Source: Octopus vulgaris (taxonomy: Eukaryota). From it: 64,000 nt of DNA. Below, piece by piece: positions 24,961 through 37,882 of the stretch. The notes below the pieces were generated by a model. That model did not search any database and was not told where the DNA came from. It was given only the letters and a program-made list of their open reading frames with translations. The stretch lies in contig OX597819.1 in the NCBI GenBank assembly GCA_951406725.2, positions 115,320,001 through 115,384,000 on the forward strand, in the 5' to 3' direction. The stretch's first letter is position 1, and every line of letters begins with the position of its first letter. A program made the translations under genes and the position numbers.

Positions 24961-25424
24961 GAGATATCACATTGTTGTCATTTTATGTAGAAGATATTGT
25001 GCAGACAGCACATGTGAAAGGTTTCAAATTTCTTTATACATCTGTAGTAAGGTGTTCATGCTTACCAATTCCTGCCTACCTACATATATACATAACGAAA
25101 TGTTAGCGCCAAACAGTGTTTAGATATAAACAAAAAAGTTTTCAAGTTTCTTTATACGTCTGTAGTAGGGAGTTCATGCTTACCTACCTACCTACCTACC
25201 TACCTATCTACTACATATATACATAATGAAATGTTAGCGCCAAACAGTGTTTAGATATAAACAAAATTGAGTTAGTTAAAGTAGAGAACATATTTCTCTT
25301 ATTTTCACACCTTTTTACCACAAGAAAGTTATTTTCTCCATGGTGACTGCAGTGTATTCGCCTTTAACAGTTGAAATATGTCACAAACATATTTCAATTA
25401 ACCTAAATTTTGCATACATATATT

Positions 25425-25683
25425 CAATTGCAGCGTGGAAGGTGTTTATAAGCCATTTAAAAACGCACAAAATCCGATGGATTCAATTCAACATTTAAAT
25501 TTAATTTGCAAAAATATTTCCGTCACTTTGAGACCGCGACCTGATCGCTGACAAAAGTCCTGATCAGGGTGCGGTCTCAAAGCGACGAAAATATTTTTGC
25601 AAATTAAATTTAAATGTTGAATTGAATCCATCGGATTTTGTGCGTTTTTAAATGGCTTATAAACACCTTCCACGCTGCAATTG
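25425..25683. mobile_element. Fold-back Penelope-like fragment with hammerhead-like core
   Basis: ~120-bp inverted arms. CTGATCAG-G(TC)GC-ggtctcaaa-GCGAC-GAAA at 25560-25590. Confidence 0.6.
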
Positions 25684-25864
25684 TTTTTGTTTCAGTACAT
25701 GATCTCAGATCAGGTCACTTGCTATGCAAGTACATCCCCGTAATATATATATAAAGTTAATCCAAACATGAAAACACAAAGAGAAAACAACAACGCGAGG
25801 ACGTGGAACAAATGTATTATTGGACGCTCAGGAAGGAAGGGACATACATACATACATACATACA

Positions 25865-25896
<32 letters not shown>

Positions 25897-26531
25897 GTGG
25901 CTGTGTGGTAAGACGCTTGCTTCCCAACCTTATGGTTCTGGGTTCAGTCCCACACAGTGGTACCTTGGGCAAGAGTCTTCTATTATAGCCTCGGGAGGAC
26001 CAAAGCCTTGTGAGAGTATTTGGTAGACGGAAACTGAAAGAAACCTGTCATATATATGTGTGTGTGTGTGTGTGTGTTGTTTGTCTCCCCTCACCACTTA
26101 ACCGGTGCTGGTGTGTTTACGTCCATGTAACCTAGCGGTTCGGCAAAAGACCCGATAGAATAAGTGCCGGGCTTAAAAAAATAAGTACTGGGATCGATTC
26201 ATTGAACTAAAAAAATTCAAGGCACTGCCCCAGCATGGCTGCAATCTAATGACTGAAACAGGTAAAAGATAACAATAAAAGAAAAGAATGTGTGAGATGT
26301 CCCGCATGATATTTTTTGTTTTTCTTTTCCCTCTTTGGCAAACTTTTGAATTTTCTGAATTATCCATACGACATTATCATAATTCGTTCTGGAACATTTC
26401 ATATGGAAATATATTTATCTATTTATTTATCAACAGCTATATAAACACACAGACCTTCAACTTGCAACTACTTTGATAAGTGCCAGCACACGAAACTCTC
26501 GGACCTTGAGTCACTCTGTTACCTCTGCTGC

Positions 26532-26573
<42 letters not shown>

Positions 26574-26701
26574 ATTCTTAAACAAGAATGTTGTTGACAG
26601 TGACTTCGAAGTTTCGGCACTGTCAACAACATTCTTGTTTAAGAATAATAAATTTGGCTCTACAAAAGTATAGAGTAACTCTTCAGATAATGACTGAAAC
26701 A

Positions 26702-26789
<88 letters not shown>

Positions 26790-26790
<1 letters not shown>

Positions 26791-27132
26791 CGTGGCACTC
26801 CATCGGTTACGACGGCGAGGGCTCCAGTTGACTCGATCAACGAAACAGCATGCTCGTGAAATTAACGTGCAAGTGGCTGAGCACTCCACAGACACGTGTA
26901 CCCTTAACGTAGTTCTCGAGAAGATTCAGCGTGACACAGAGTGTGACAAGGTACAACAGAATCAGGAAGAAAGAGAGAGATAGTTTTGGTGAACGAGTTC
27001 GCCGCCACTCCCTGTCAGAGCCCCGTGGGACTTTTTAAGTGTTTTCGCTCACAACGCCCGACCTGGGAATCGAAACCGCGATCCTACGACCGCGTGTCCA
27101 CTGCCCTAACTACTGGGCCATTGCGCCTCCAC
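26790..27132 (-). mobile_element. tRNA-derived SINE family D (related copies ~5780-5985 and 51544-51851)
   Basis: Minus-strand head GGAGGCGCAATGGCCCAGT.G..GGTTTCGATTCCC. The 51544 copy has a 14-bp TSD acaattctgtaagt. Confidence 0.85.
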
Positions 27133-27161
27133 ATACACACACACACACACACACACACATA

Positions 27162-27643
27162 TCTTCTTAATATAAATTTGAGTGATGTTTCTCTGTCCAT
27201 TATGTTTTTATGTTCGTTAACTCCTCCTAGACCATTGGTGCAAGGGCGATGAAACTCAAACCTGCAACTCCCCTAATCCCAGGCAATGTCCTAAGGGAGT
27301 CTTTTTTTTTAAGGAACGCCTAATTGGGGCCCAACTGCCCCGCCCATTTTTACTGCATTTTAAACTAAATACATGACATTGGCGACCAAATCGGAGCAAT
27401 GACAATGAATTTCATACCATGGACTCCCAGGGAGTATCGTAAAGGCGCTTAAATGGGGCCCCACTGACACACCCCTATTCTTACTACATTTACCTCGTTC
27501 CTACGTTTTTTGATTAAACTATAATCAGCATCCGTGCTTAGCACATTTGCAGAAATAAGTTTCATTACAAGGGTAGAGGGCCATGAAGGTGCCCTCCGCA
27601 GGAGCTAGTCCGGAAGCTGCCCGAAGGGCCACTTCAAGGCTAG
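27162..27643 (+). mobile_element. Non-autonomous Helitron
   Basis: a|TC start, GC hairpin (gaagctgcccgaagggccacttc), then CTAG|t end. Confidence 0.65.
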
Positions 27644-27799
27644 TATATAATATTTGTAAACAAGGGTACAAAATAGTACGAGCTTTTAAAAACAAGAGTA
27701 AAAAAAAAAAGACTCAACCATATAAAGCACTTATCTTAATAAGTTGACGAAGTTTTAATTGCTAATGGGCCACCTACATTATTCATATATAATATATAT

Positions 27800-27842
<43 letters not shown>

Positions 27843-27882
27843 GGGCTTCTTTCAGTTTCTGTGACAAGGCTTTGGTCGACCC

Positions 27883-28519
27883 GGGTCGCGAAATTTTTTT
27901 CCCACGAGAGTTCCGGACCCCAATTATGAACTCATTTGCATACAGCCAATCAGACCTCAACTATCAAACTAATTTATGAGCGCATAACAAGTGATGAACG
28001 ATAAGACAAGGTCACTTGGGTAAGGAATGACCATGCTTCTTTTTTCTTTTAAAAATGCTTCTTGATCTTGTACTTGTTTCAACCATGGCTGCCTCTGCGA
28101 AATTATTTGTGTTGTTTACTTTCTAAAACAGTAAGGGGAGAGGGTTGCTAGCACATCACCCGCTACCCACATTTTCCCCATCCACATCTTTACCATATGG
28201 GATCCTAACAAAATCCGATAATAGGTATAGATGCAAACCTATCTCATTACTTGTCTCCTTCTAAAATCTGGCATAACTTGGCGATCGGTCGACTTACAAC
28301 ACTGACCTTCGTCTTGAGTTTTCTTGGTAGAGTGTGTTTGTTAACTTGACAATAAGGTCAAGGTCGGCTCTGATTGGCTGTATGCAAATGAGTTCATTAC
28401 TGGGGGGCCGGAACTCTCGTGGGAAAAAATGTCGCGACCCAGACTATAATAGATGTTTTGCTCTCTCTCTCTCTCTTTACTGGGTCCGGAACTCTCGTGG
28501 GAAAAAATTTCGCGACCCA
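27883..28519. mobile_element. MITE with ~70-bp TIRs and duplicated right end
   Basis: GGGTCGCGA..TCCCACGAGAGTTCCGG..ATTTGCATACAGCCAATCAGA mirrored at 28369-28440, right end repeated to 28519. Interrupts a family A SINE. Confidence 0.8.
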
Positions 28520-28966
28520 GACTATAGTAGATGTTTTGCTCTCTCTTTCTCTATCAATCACACACATATTCACTCACTACAAAAAGTGAATTAAAAAATT
28601 TCAGTTATCTCTCTCACACACACACACCAGCACCATTGCTCTCTATCTCTTCACACACACTAACAAAAGAACTTCTCATACATACCACACTTTCTGTCTC
28701 GCACACCCCATCAAACACACACACACACACGCACATCAATTCTTTCGCTTCATGCCAACTTCGAAAGAACTTCCCCGATCCAACTGCGCTCTCTCTGTCT
28801 CTTTCGCTTCAAAAGATCCCCACCCCACATCACATATAAAAGATATAAAATTTTTACGGAAAGCGACGATCTTGGTGAGAAACATAAACAATAAGCGCGT
28901 GCGTTTTTAACACTTATGGTACTTATATCGAAAATTTGCCGAAAATATATACATGTACGGTACTAC

Positions 28967-29596
28967 TAGTCGTAAGTAGTCGATCCTACAACGACTTTAC
29001 TTATTTACTTTGTTCGAAAAATATTGAATTTGTGTAAAAAAATTATATACATTTAAAAAAAATTTATTTACTTATTATAAAAAATCATTTACTTTGCATT
29101 TTATTTACTTTGTTCGAAAAATATTGAATTTGTGTAAAAAAAATTATATACATTTAAAAAAAAAAATTTATTTACTTAGTCTAAAAAATCATTTACTTTG
29201 CATTTTATTTACTTTGTTCGAAAAATATTGAATTTGTGTAAAAAAATTATATACATTTAAAAAAAAAAAATTTTATAAAAAATAATTTATTTACTTAGTT
29301 TAAAAAATTATTTACTTTGCATTTTATTTACTTTGTTTCAAAAATCTTATTTAATTTGAGTAAAAAAAATTATATACATTTAAAAAAAAAATTTTTTATA
29401 AAAAATGATTTATTTACTTAGTTTAAAAAATTATTTACTTTGCATTTTATTTACTTTGTTTCAAAAATCTTATTTAATTTGAGTAAAAAAAATTATATAC
29501 ATTGTTTTTAAAAAATCATTTATTTACTTAGTTTATGCGCGAATCTATTCATTTGCATTACGCGCCAGTCGTTGTAGGATCGACTACTTACGACTA
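28967..29596. mobile_element. Element with perfect 30-bp TIRs enclosing five AT-rich 100-122 bp tandem repeats
   Basis: TAGTCGTAAGTAGTCGATCCTACAACGACT 28967-28996 and its reverse complement 29567-29596. Units start at ~29001, 29101, 29205, 29324, 29446. Confidence 0.85.
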
Positions 29597-29759
29597 TCTA
29601 GCGCGGATACGCGACTGTGCGTGTGCGCGCACCGGGACCACTGTTCGCTAGGAGTACCATGTAGGTACATGGGGGTAATTGTCAATCATTATGTACCAGA
29701 AATTAAATTCTAAAAATAGATACCGCTGTCTCAGTTTTGACGGCAAACCATCAGTTGTC

Positions 29760-29860
29760 TACAAGGCGGAATTTATTCTTAAATGTGATTGGTCGATTTT
29801 CTATGACTGGTTTCAAATCTGACCAATCACCGTTTTCAATTATGAATTCAAACACTGTTT
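29760..29860 (+). promoter_or_regulatory. NUSAP1 proximal promoter: two CCAAT boxes and two inverse CHR-like sites
   Basis: ATTGG 29788-29792, CCAAT 29823-29827, TTCAAA 29812-29817 and 29847-29852, ~100-150 bp upstream of the ATG. Confidence 0.6.
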
Positions 29861-29944
29861 ACGAATACTCTTCTTAATTTTGAGATCTTATTTCTTGTGT
29901 TTACGTTCCGGATTATCAAATCTCATTTTACCTATTAAATAATC

Positions 29945-30022
29945 ATGGATGACTTGGAAAATTTAAACTACCGCGAGTTACGCAATCTAGCTAAAGACCT
30001 TGGCATCAAAGCTAAAGGAAAG
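29945..30022 (+). CDS. NUSAP1: Nucleolar and spindle-associated protein 1, exon 1 (SAP-like helix)
   Basis: MDDLENLNYRELRNLAKDLGIKAKGK, donor gtaaga. Confidence 0.88.
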
Positions 30023-30913
30023 GTAAGATTTGCTTCGTTTTTATATTGCGAAATCTGTTTGGGTTTGTTGAGTGATTTAATATTTGGTCGATTGTTTTTG
30101 ATATTCCTTGAATTAGACTATCTTTCATTATTTAAATCTGTTATTGTTTATAAAATAAAGTACTTGATTTATAAATTAAACAAGCATAATTTATATTTAT
30201 TAACAAGAAGCATAGTAGTCTAGAAGTGCATGAATTAAAATCTGGCGCCGAAAAGAAAAGATTCAGCCTAATCCAGTTATAATATTCGTATCTGAACAAA
30301 TTGTTAGAATAAGCTAAATATTTTAATTTCAGTATTTGCTCAAACTTTCTGCTTTTTCTCATGTGTATATAGTCGTCTATTTTACGTTGTCATGATGGAT
30401 AAAAGTGCAAATAAATGCCGAAAGTTAATGAACATCAATATGTCTGATTCATGACGAGAATATGTATTTTCAGTAACGTTGGGTGGTATACCTACACAAA
30501 TGTGTGCCCTGGTTTTGTTACCTCATAACTTCTAGAAAAACAGATATTTTCACCATATTTTAAAACGAATTTATCTATAAATATACTTCAGTTGGTGTAG
30601 ATTCTAAATTATCGGAATTTGTTGTAAAAAAAATTTTCCGGGGTGGAGAGAGGAGTTTCAGAAAATTCACACGAGCCGACTTTTATCTCCTCATAACTTT
30701 CAGAAAAATGGTTATTTTTAAATGAAATTTTCTACAAATACTTTTCAGGGTGTATAAAGTACGATTACATCCGAATTTGATGTGAAAATAATAAAAATAA
30801 AAAATGGTGAGCACGCACACATACATACATCACAATTTTTTTCGAAATTTCAAGATTCATTTTATAAATATGTGATGTGTCAGTATGTATGTGTACGAAC
30901 CTACTATTTTTTT

Positions 30914-31072
30914 GGCAATCTTTCGTCTCTAGTAGACCTTTCCGTCGTTTTTACTCGGTGTATGTGTATATGTATGTATATTACTTCAAAAGTTCCCGCA
31001 AGCCCATATGTAAAAAAACCCCATTTTTTTACGGAAATCGACGGAAAGGTCTACTAGAGACGAAAGATCGCC
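30914..31072. mobile_element. MITE with 34-bp TIRs (GG...CC ends)
   Basis: GGC(A/G)ATCTTTCGTCTCTAGTAGACCTTTCCGTCG mirrored at 31039-31072. Confidence 0.8.
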
Positions 31073-31583
31073 GCCTATTAATTTTTTTGGAAGCTATGAG
31101 GAAAAAAGCCATCTCGTGTGAATTTGCCGAAGCCCTTTTCAACCGCTTTCTCTGAAAGTCATGTGGAAACACATTGGTAGGATGGTACACTTGTGGAGAT
31201 AGGCCCAACGTGCTAACCATTCTGCCAGCCCGCAGTCGCATTACCAGTCAGTATTGAAGTTGGGGGTGCTTTTTGTCAAAGTTGTGGTGGATGCAACCAG
31301 AAGCTATGGTTTTTGATGTTTTGAATGAATCTGACCATGAAAACTGTCGAAAATCACCCGTTCGTTAGGTTGAGTGAGATGTGTGTAATACTAAAATTTT
31401 ACCGGTTATTTACCGTGGTTAACCATAGCTGAATTCAAAAATCATATAATAGGCGGGAGTTCATTCAGTCTTCTAAAAAAATAAAATAAAAGATTCCCAC
31501 AATAATTTTTGTCGTTTGTCATGTATTAAAACAATTCCTACAAATGTGTCCCAGAATTTTCTACAAATATACTTCAGATGGTA

Positions 31584-31684
31584 GGTACTATTTAAGAAGA
31601 GTGGTCCCAGTGCGCGCACTCGCGCATCCGCACTAGCTAGTCGTGCGAGTGCGCGCACCGGGACCACTCTTATTAAATAGTACC
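31584..31684. mobile_element. 101-bp palindromic MITE with 9-bp TSD (Merlin-like)
   Basis: GGTACTATTTAA..TTAAATAGTACC, TSD CAGATGGTA at 31575-31583 and 31685-31693. Confidence 0.85.
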
Positions 31685-33164
31685 CAGATGGTATATACAT
31701 TCTAATTTTATTAGTTTGTTGTGATTTTCTATGGGTGGGAAGAGGAATATCGGAAAATTTACACGAGTAGGCTTTGTTTCCCCATAACTTTCAGAAAAAT
31801 CGGTATTTTTTTAATGAAATTTTATACAAATACTTTATATCGATACTTATATACAAATACTTATATCGATTTTTGATTGGGGTGGGGATGAGCGCGCACA
31901 CATGCATACTGACACATAACCACGATTTTTTGTTTCATTTTGTAGATATATGTGAGGTGTGTCTATGTGTACAAACTCACCAATTTTTTTTTATATTACC
32001 CATTATTTTTCATATACACATACATAGGCGCAAGAGTAGCTGTGTGGTAAGTAGCTTGCTTATCAACCACATGGTTCCGGGTTCATTCCCACTGCGTGGC
32101 ACCTTGGGTGTCTTTTACTATAGCCTCGGGCCTGCCAAAGCCTTGTGAATGGATTGGCGAGCTTGTACACATTCAGATAGACCTCACATATATCTACAAA
32201 ATGAAACAAAAAAATCGTGATTATATGTCAGTATGCATGTGGGCGCGCTCAGCCCCACCCCAATCAAAGAAGCTCGTCGTATATATGCATATATATATGT
32301 GTGTGTGTGTATATATTTATGTGTCTGTGTTTATCCCCCAACATCGCTTGGCAACCGATGGTGGTGTGTTTGCGTCCCCGTAACTTAGCGGTTCGGCAAA
32401 AGAGACCGATAGAATAAGTACTAAGCTAAGTCCTGGAGTCGATTTGCTCGACTAAAGGCGGTGCTCCAGCATGGCCGCAATCAAATGACTGAAACGAGTA
32501 AAAGAGTATACATCAATGCGCGTGTGTGTGTGTATAATTAAGCCTGCTATCGTCAGTCAGTGTGTCTGGGGTACGTTTTGATGGAACTGTGTGCATGTAT
32601 ATACATGGATATATATATATTATATTATTTGTTATTTATGTATTGGTTTATCTCTATCACTGTTTGAGTTGCATAATAGTGGTTTTATCTCTAATTCATA
32701 TTTTATATATATATATACATGTGCACAGTTCCATCAAAAGTACATATATAAATGTGTGTATATGCATATATATATGTGTGTGTGTGTGTGTATATGTATA
32801 AAATTTAAAGAAGACAGAAAATAGAGAAGTACTGATGAACAACAAATTGACTCACAGGAATTATTTATTAATTCAATGCAAATAGACTGCATCTCATCTA
32901 ACAGTTGTTTCTGCTTCAATGTATTGTATTGCCATTGATATGCAAAAATATATAAAAATATTAATCGTATTTGCCACCTTGGGCAAGTGTCGTTTACTAT
33001 AGCCATGGGCTGACCAAAGCCTTGTGAGTGGAAACTGAAAGAAGCCCATCCTATATATGTATGTGTCTGTATCTGTGTTTGTCTCCCTTGACATCCTTTT
33101 TCTTTCATAGTTTTAGCTCAAAACTGTGGCCATGCTGGGACACTGCCGTTTTGCTAGACTGTTA

Positions 33165-36120
33165 TTATTGAGAGCTTCCTCTAATATGTGGCATTGGGTG
33201 TATAAGGGAGTTTGCTGTAGCTACCCTCATTTGCACCTCTTGCTGCGAGGTAGGTTCATCAGGGACTCTGGACAGGAAGAGATCCAGTTTTGATTTGAAA
33301 ACACCTACATCCATTTGGTGTAGGTCCCTCAGGCTCTTTGGGAGAATATTAAAAAGCTGTGGTCCCGTGAAACCCAGGTTGTTGCAGAAACTGGTCCTGA
33401 AGCACGATGGCATTGCTGGGATCTTTGGCACTTACCAGTATCGACCCAGTCTGGCATTTGTGTAGCTTTCAATGCCAAAATTTGGCACAGTTCCTTCCAG
33501 GATCTTCCAGATATATATTACTGCATACCTCTCCTGCCTTCGCTCCAGGGAGTAGTCTCAGCCTTTTCCAGTAGCTGAGCTGTTGCAACGAGATGATCTC
33601 CTTTGTGTAGCTTCGTTGGATTGCTTCATGGTCTGCTGTTAATTTTACACTGGTGGGTAACCATAGCTAGGAGCAGTAATCCTGGCGGCTGAGGACAAAT
33701 ATCCTCCAGAGTTCTGAACTTTCTTAGGATCCAGCCAGCCAGTCTGCCAACCTTGTAATGTGCTCTTGGAAAGAGATATCATCATTAATGTCAATACCCA
33801 GGTCCCTCACAGACTTAGGCTCTGGGATTGTAATCTCCTGTGGACAAGTGTACCCTGTAAGTTTTATATTCAGTTTTGGATGCAGGGCTTGGAACTTTTC
33901 AGCATTAAACTGCATATTATTGTCCTTAGCCCATCTATAAATTGAGTCTAACTCCTGCTGCAGATGTGCAAAGCCGCTGAGGTTCTGTATTTTCTGTGAG
34001 ACTTTCATATCGCTTGCATAGCTAGCAAGGGTGGCTATCCGGGCAGCTGAGGTCATATCTGAGAGGGCCACTATGAAAAGGAGTGGTCCCAAGACAGTGC
34101 CCTATGGAATACTGCTCACTATCTGTGTTTTCATTGAGGTGGCTCCATTGGCCACTACTACCTGACTTCTATCTTTCAGAAAGTCATGCGACCACTCCAC
34201 AAGTTTTCCAGCTATGCTGAGATCACGCATGATCCACTTTATCAAAAGCTTTTGCAACATCAAGGTATATTGCATCCATATTTGAGTTGATGAGGAACTG
34301 CCTCAACACCCAGTCATAGTGCTGCAAGAGCTGGGTCAGGCAGCGCTTAGCTGGTCGAAAGCCATATTGGGTGTCACTCAGCAAGTCGTTTTCTTCAAGG
34401 AATGCTATTAGTTTTTTTGTTTTTTTTTTGGACTATCCGTTCCATGACTTTGCTGATGTGTGAAGTCAGAGAGATAGCCCTATAGTTTTTGGCATTTTCT
34501 TGGTACCCTTCCATTTGCAAAAAAGCTCTCGAAGAGAATCTGTAGTAGTTTTGCCAGGGCATGCTTACACAATTTGAGGAGGATTGCTGGGAAACCATCA
34601 GGACCAGCAGTTGAGTTTGCGTCCACCTCATCTATAGCTAGTAGTATACCTTCTTCACTAATGTCGATGTAATCCATCGTAACTGCTTCGCTGGTTATAG
34701 GTGAGGTGGCAAAGAAATCCACTGGTTCATTCACTTGTCTGTGTTCCAACGGGGTGATAAAGGCACTTTTGAATTGGTCATTCAGTACCTCACTGATCCT
34801 GGCTGGACAATCTGTGAGAGATCCATCCTTTTAGAAGAGAGATCCTATTTTGCAGCGTACTTGAGGCTGTTTCTTTGGCATAATGAAAGAAGGTCTTTGG
34901 GTTTGACTTAATGTTTTTTATAACCCAGGCTTCTTTGTCTGCTCTCTCCCTCACATAGGATTGTTGCAGCCTTTTTTCAATCTCCATCAGTGTTGTTTTT
35001 AGGCTGGACCTTTCACTACTTTTGGAATGTTGGTTGAAACAATTTGCAATCTTCGTCTGTCGTCTTATGAGGATCTTCCTCTTCCTTGGAATCTTGTTCC
35101 TTTTTGTGTTGGCCTTGTACCCTGGGATATATTTCTGGCATATAGATAACAGTGTCTGGAGCCAATAACAGAAGGACATTGAAATCTGGAAGTATATTTT
35201 GAACACCATAATTAATATTAGGAAATATAGTATATATATTCAATAATTATCTTTTATCAAATAATTTTGATCTTTATAGAAAATAATGAAGTGAATACAA
35301 ATTTTCAAAAGTAAAATATTATCTTAAATTAAATAAAACTGATTTCTCATTTGTTATGGCTCCTCCCATAATAGGAAGACTGAAACCAGAGTCCATTGTG
35401 TGTGTGTGTGTGTGTGCATCTCTTTGTCTGGACATCGCATGGTAGGTGTAGAGATCCTCAGACAAGACTGGCTGAAATGCCTCTCCATACCAGACATTGG
35501 CCCGAAACTAGAATATTTCATGTCTGTTATGCGGTTTGCATAACAGACGTAAAACATTCTAGTTTCGGGCCAATGTCTGGTATGGAGAGGCATTTCAGCC
35601 AGTCTTGTCTGAGGATCTCTTTTTGTATCGATTTCCAGTCTGCTTTCTGGAAGTTCAGATTGGAGAGATTTTGGGTGCTTTCCTTAGACTGTATGTCTCT
35701 GGCTACTTTTGGTCCATACATAGACAGCTCTATTATTTTGTGATCTGAAGCCAGTGTCGGCATCATGAATGATGTCCATATTGTTTGTGAAACAGAGATT
35801 TAAAATGTTATTCACCTTAGTTGGTCTGAGTACAACTTGCTCCATGAATAGGGTATTGGTGAGATTGAACAGGGACCCCACCTGTTCTTGTTTGCAGTGA
35901 GTCATTCCTGACAGCATGAGGCCTTTGGGCCTTTTGGCATTGGTGAAATTGAAATCACCCATAAGAAATACGAGCATGTGGTGTTCCAGTTTCATGAGGA
36001 TTTCTTTAATTCTTGAGGCAATCTTCAAACTTGCCTATGTGGTTTGGAGCATCCGGTAAGCTATATGTACTGCATATGACTATATCGTGTTGTCTTATGT
36101 ATACAATTAGTGCCATGTAC
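33165..36120 (-). mobile_element. Degenerate CR1/L2-group LINE ORF2 (endonuclease to RT) in NUSAP1 intron 1
   Basis: MGDFNF, SDH, AGPDGFPA, NYRAISLTSHISKVMERIV, GPLLF, YASD, GPQLFNILP motifs across frameshifted ORFs. Confidence 0.92.
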
Positions 36121-37326
36121 TGAATATGACAGTCCTATTAGTTGAAAATTTCATGAAAAAATACCCATTTTTTTCTGATCATTATGAGGAAACAAAGCCA
36201 ACTTGTGTGAATTTTCCGAAATTCCTTTCCCCATCCTCGGAAAAAATTTTTTCACATCAATCTGATATAATCAGAATCTGCAGCATCTGAGGTATATTTG
36301 TAGAAAATTTTATTAAAAAATATCTATTTTTCTAGAAGTTATAAGAAAACACATTGGGGACGGTACACTTGTGTAAGTTTACTGAAGGGGAGCCTGTATG
36401 TAATCACTTGACCTGCTACAAATAATAACCAAATCCTATCAAATTACATCCTAGACAAGATGGTCATCGCTGACCTGGGGTTAGACAACGTACATATAAA
36501 ACAATGAGTTGTTCCAGAGAACCCAGAAGTGTAAATTTATTTTATATGGAGAAAACAAATATTAATTTAACTTTTGGACATATCCACTTGATGCTGGATG
36601 TGCTACTGTTGCAAATAATTTATTAGTAGCTCACTGACTTTTTGCGTTCACCACTGACTGTTTGACCATTATTATGCTATATTGGTCTGACGGATCTTAG
36701 TTTTGGCATTTGATACAAGGCTAAGCTGCCACTGATGATCCGTTAAAACTGAAATCTCAACATAGGGTTATGTCAATCATTGGTGCAGATGATCATTTCA
36801 CCAGCTTAATGAGCACGTGTTGTCAACATGGTACCTTTCAGGGGTGGGGGTGGGGATATAAATTAAAGTGAAAATAGGACTGCAAGACTAGAGTACACTA
36901 AAGCGATGACAGAGCTCCATATCATTCCAGAGAAGGTATTCCAGAGGTGTTACCAACATTAGCAGAACCACGGGGAGAAGTGTGTGAACTCTCAAGGGGA
37001 ATATTTTGAAGGTGATAAAATAAAATTTGTGAAATGTACAAAATTGGTTTTTTCATACCCAAAGGTCAGATACTTTTGGAATACTTTCAAAACTTACTCA
37101 TCCTATGATTGTTATACACTGCAAACTATTCTGACCAAAATGAAAGTCATCCCAACTTAAGTTGTATTGATGTTGATTTCATAATCACTGTTTTACTGTC
37201 CACTTTTTCATGCTTGGATGGAATTTATTGAAGCAAATGTTCTACAACTGGGTATGGTTCCTATCACCAACCACCAATTGTTTCCAAGCAAAGTATTAGT
37301 TCCTCATGACCAGACACGTTTATGTA

Positions 37327-37882
37327 TTGGGTTGTCCGGAAAGTTTGTGCCGATTTTTAAAGGAAAGAAAAAGGTCAATAAATACTTGCCATTACAATTT
37401 TAATCAGCCAAATATAAACCATTTTGTTGCACAATGCATCTCCATCTTTCCTTTAACTTGAAAATACCCTCTTCCCAGAATTGAGATGGTTTCATGGCAA
37501 AGAATTCATCAAGGTATCTTTTTACATCATCCAAGGAATTGAAATTTTTACCATTAAGACTATTCTGCAGAGACCTGAATAAGTTGAAATCTGAAGGAGC
37601 AATATCTGGTGAATATGGATGGTGGGGTAACACATCTCAGCCGAGCTGCTGCAATTTTTGTCTGGTTCCCAAAGCATCAAGTGCCGTAAATGAACTTTCT
37701 TCCATTTTAAAGGGTTAGAGAATTAACACAGGTTATAGGAACATAAACCTTCCACGAAGATAGCTTAAACTATGCTCTAAATGGAGGTGTAGTCAAATCC
37801 TATTTTATGGCCTCAAACATGTTCTAAAATAAGTCGAAAGGTAAGCTGCTATAAATCGACACAAACTTTCTGGACAACCCAA
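37327..37882 (-). mobile_element. Internally deleted mariner
   Basis: TIR TTGGGTTGTCC(G/A)GAAAGTTTGTG, TA at both flanks, ORF with YSPDIAPSDFNLFRSLQNSL. Confidence 0.92.

Noticed and set aside
28997-29535. Regular repeat array resembling CRISPR
   Set aside because: Whole units repeat with no unique spacers, it is enclosed by TIRs, the context is eukaryotic and there are no cas genes.
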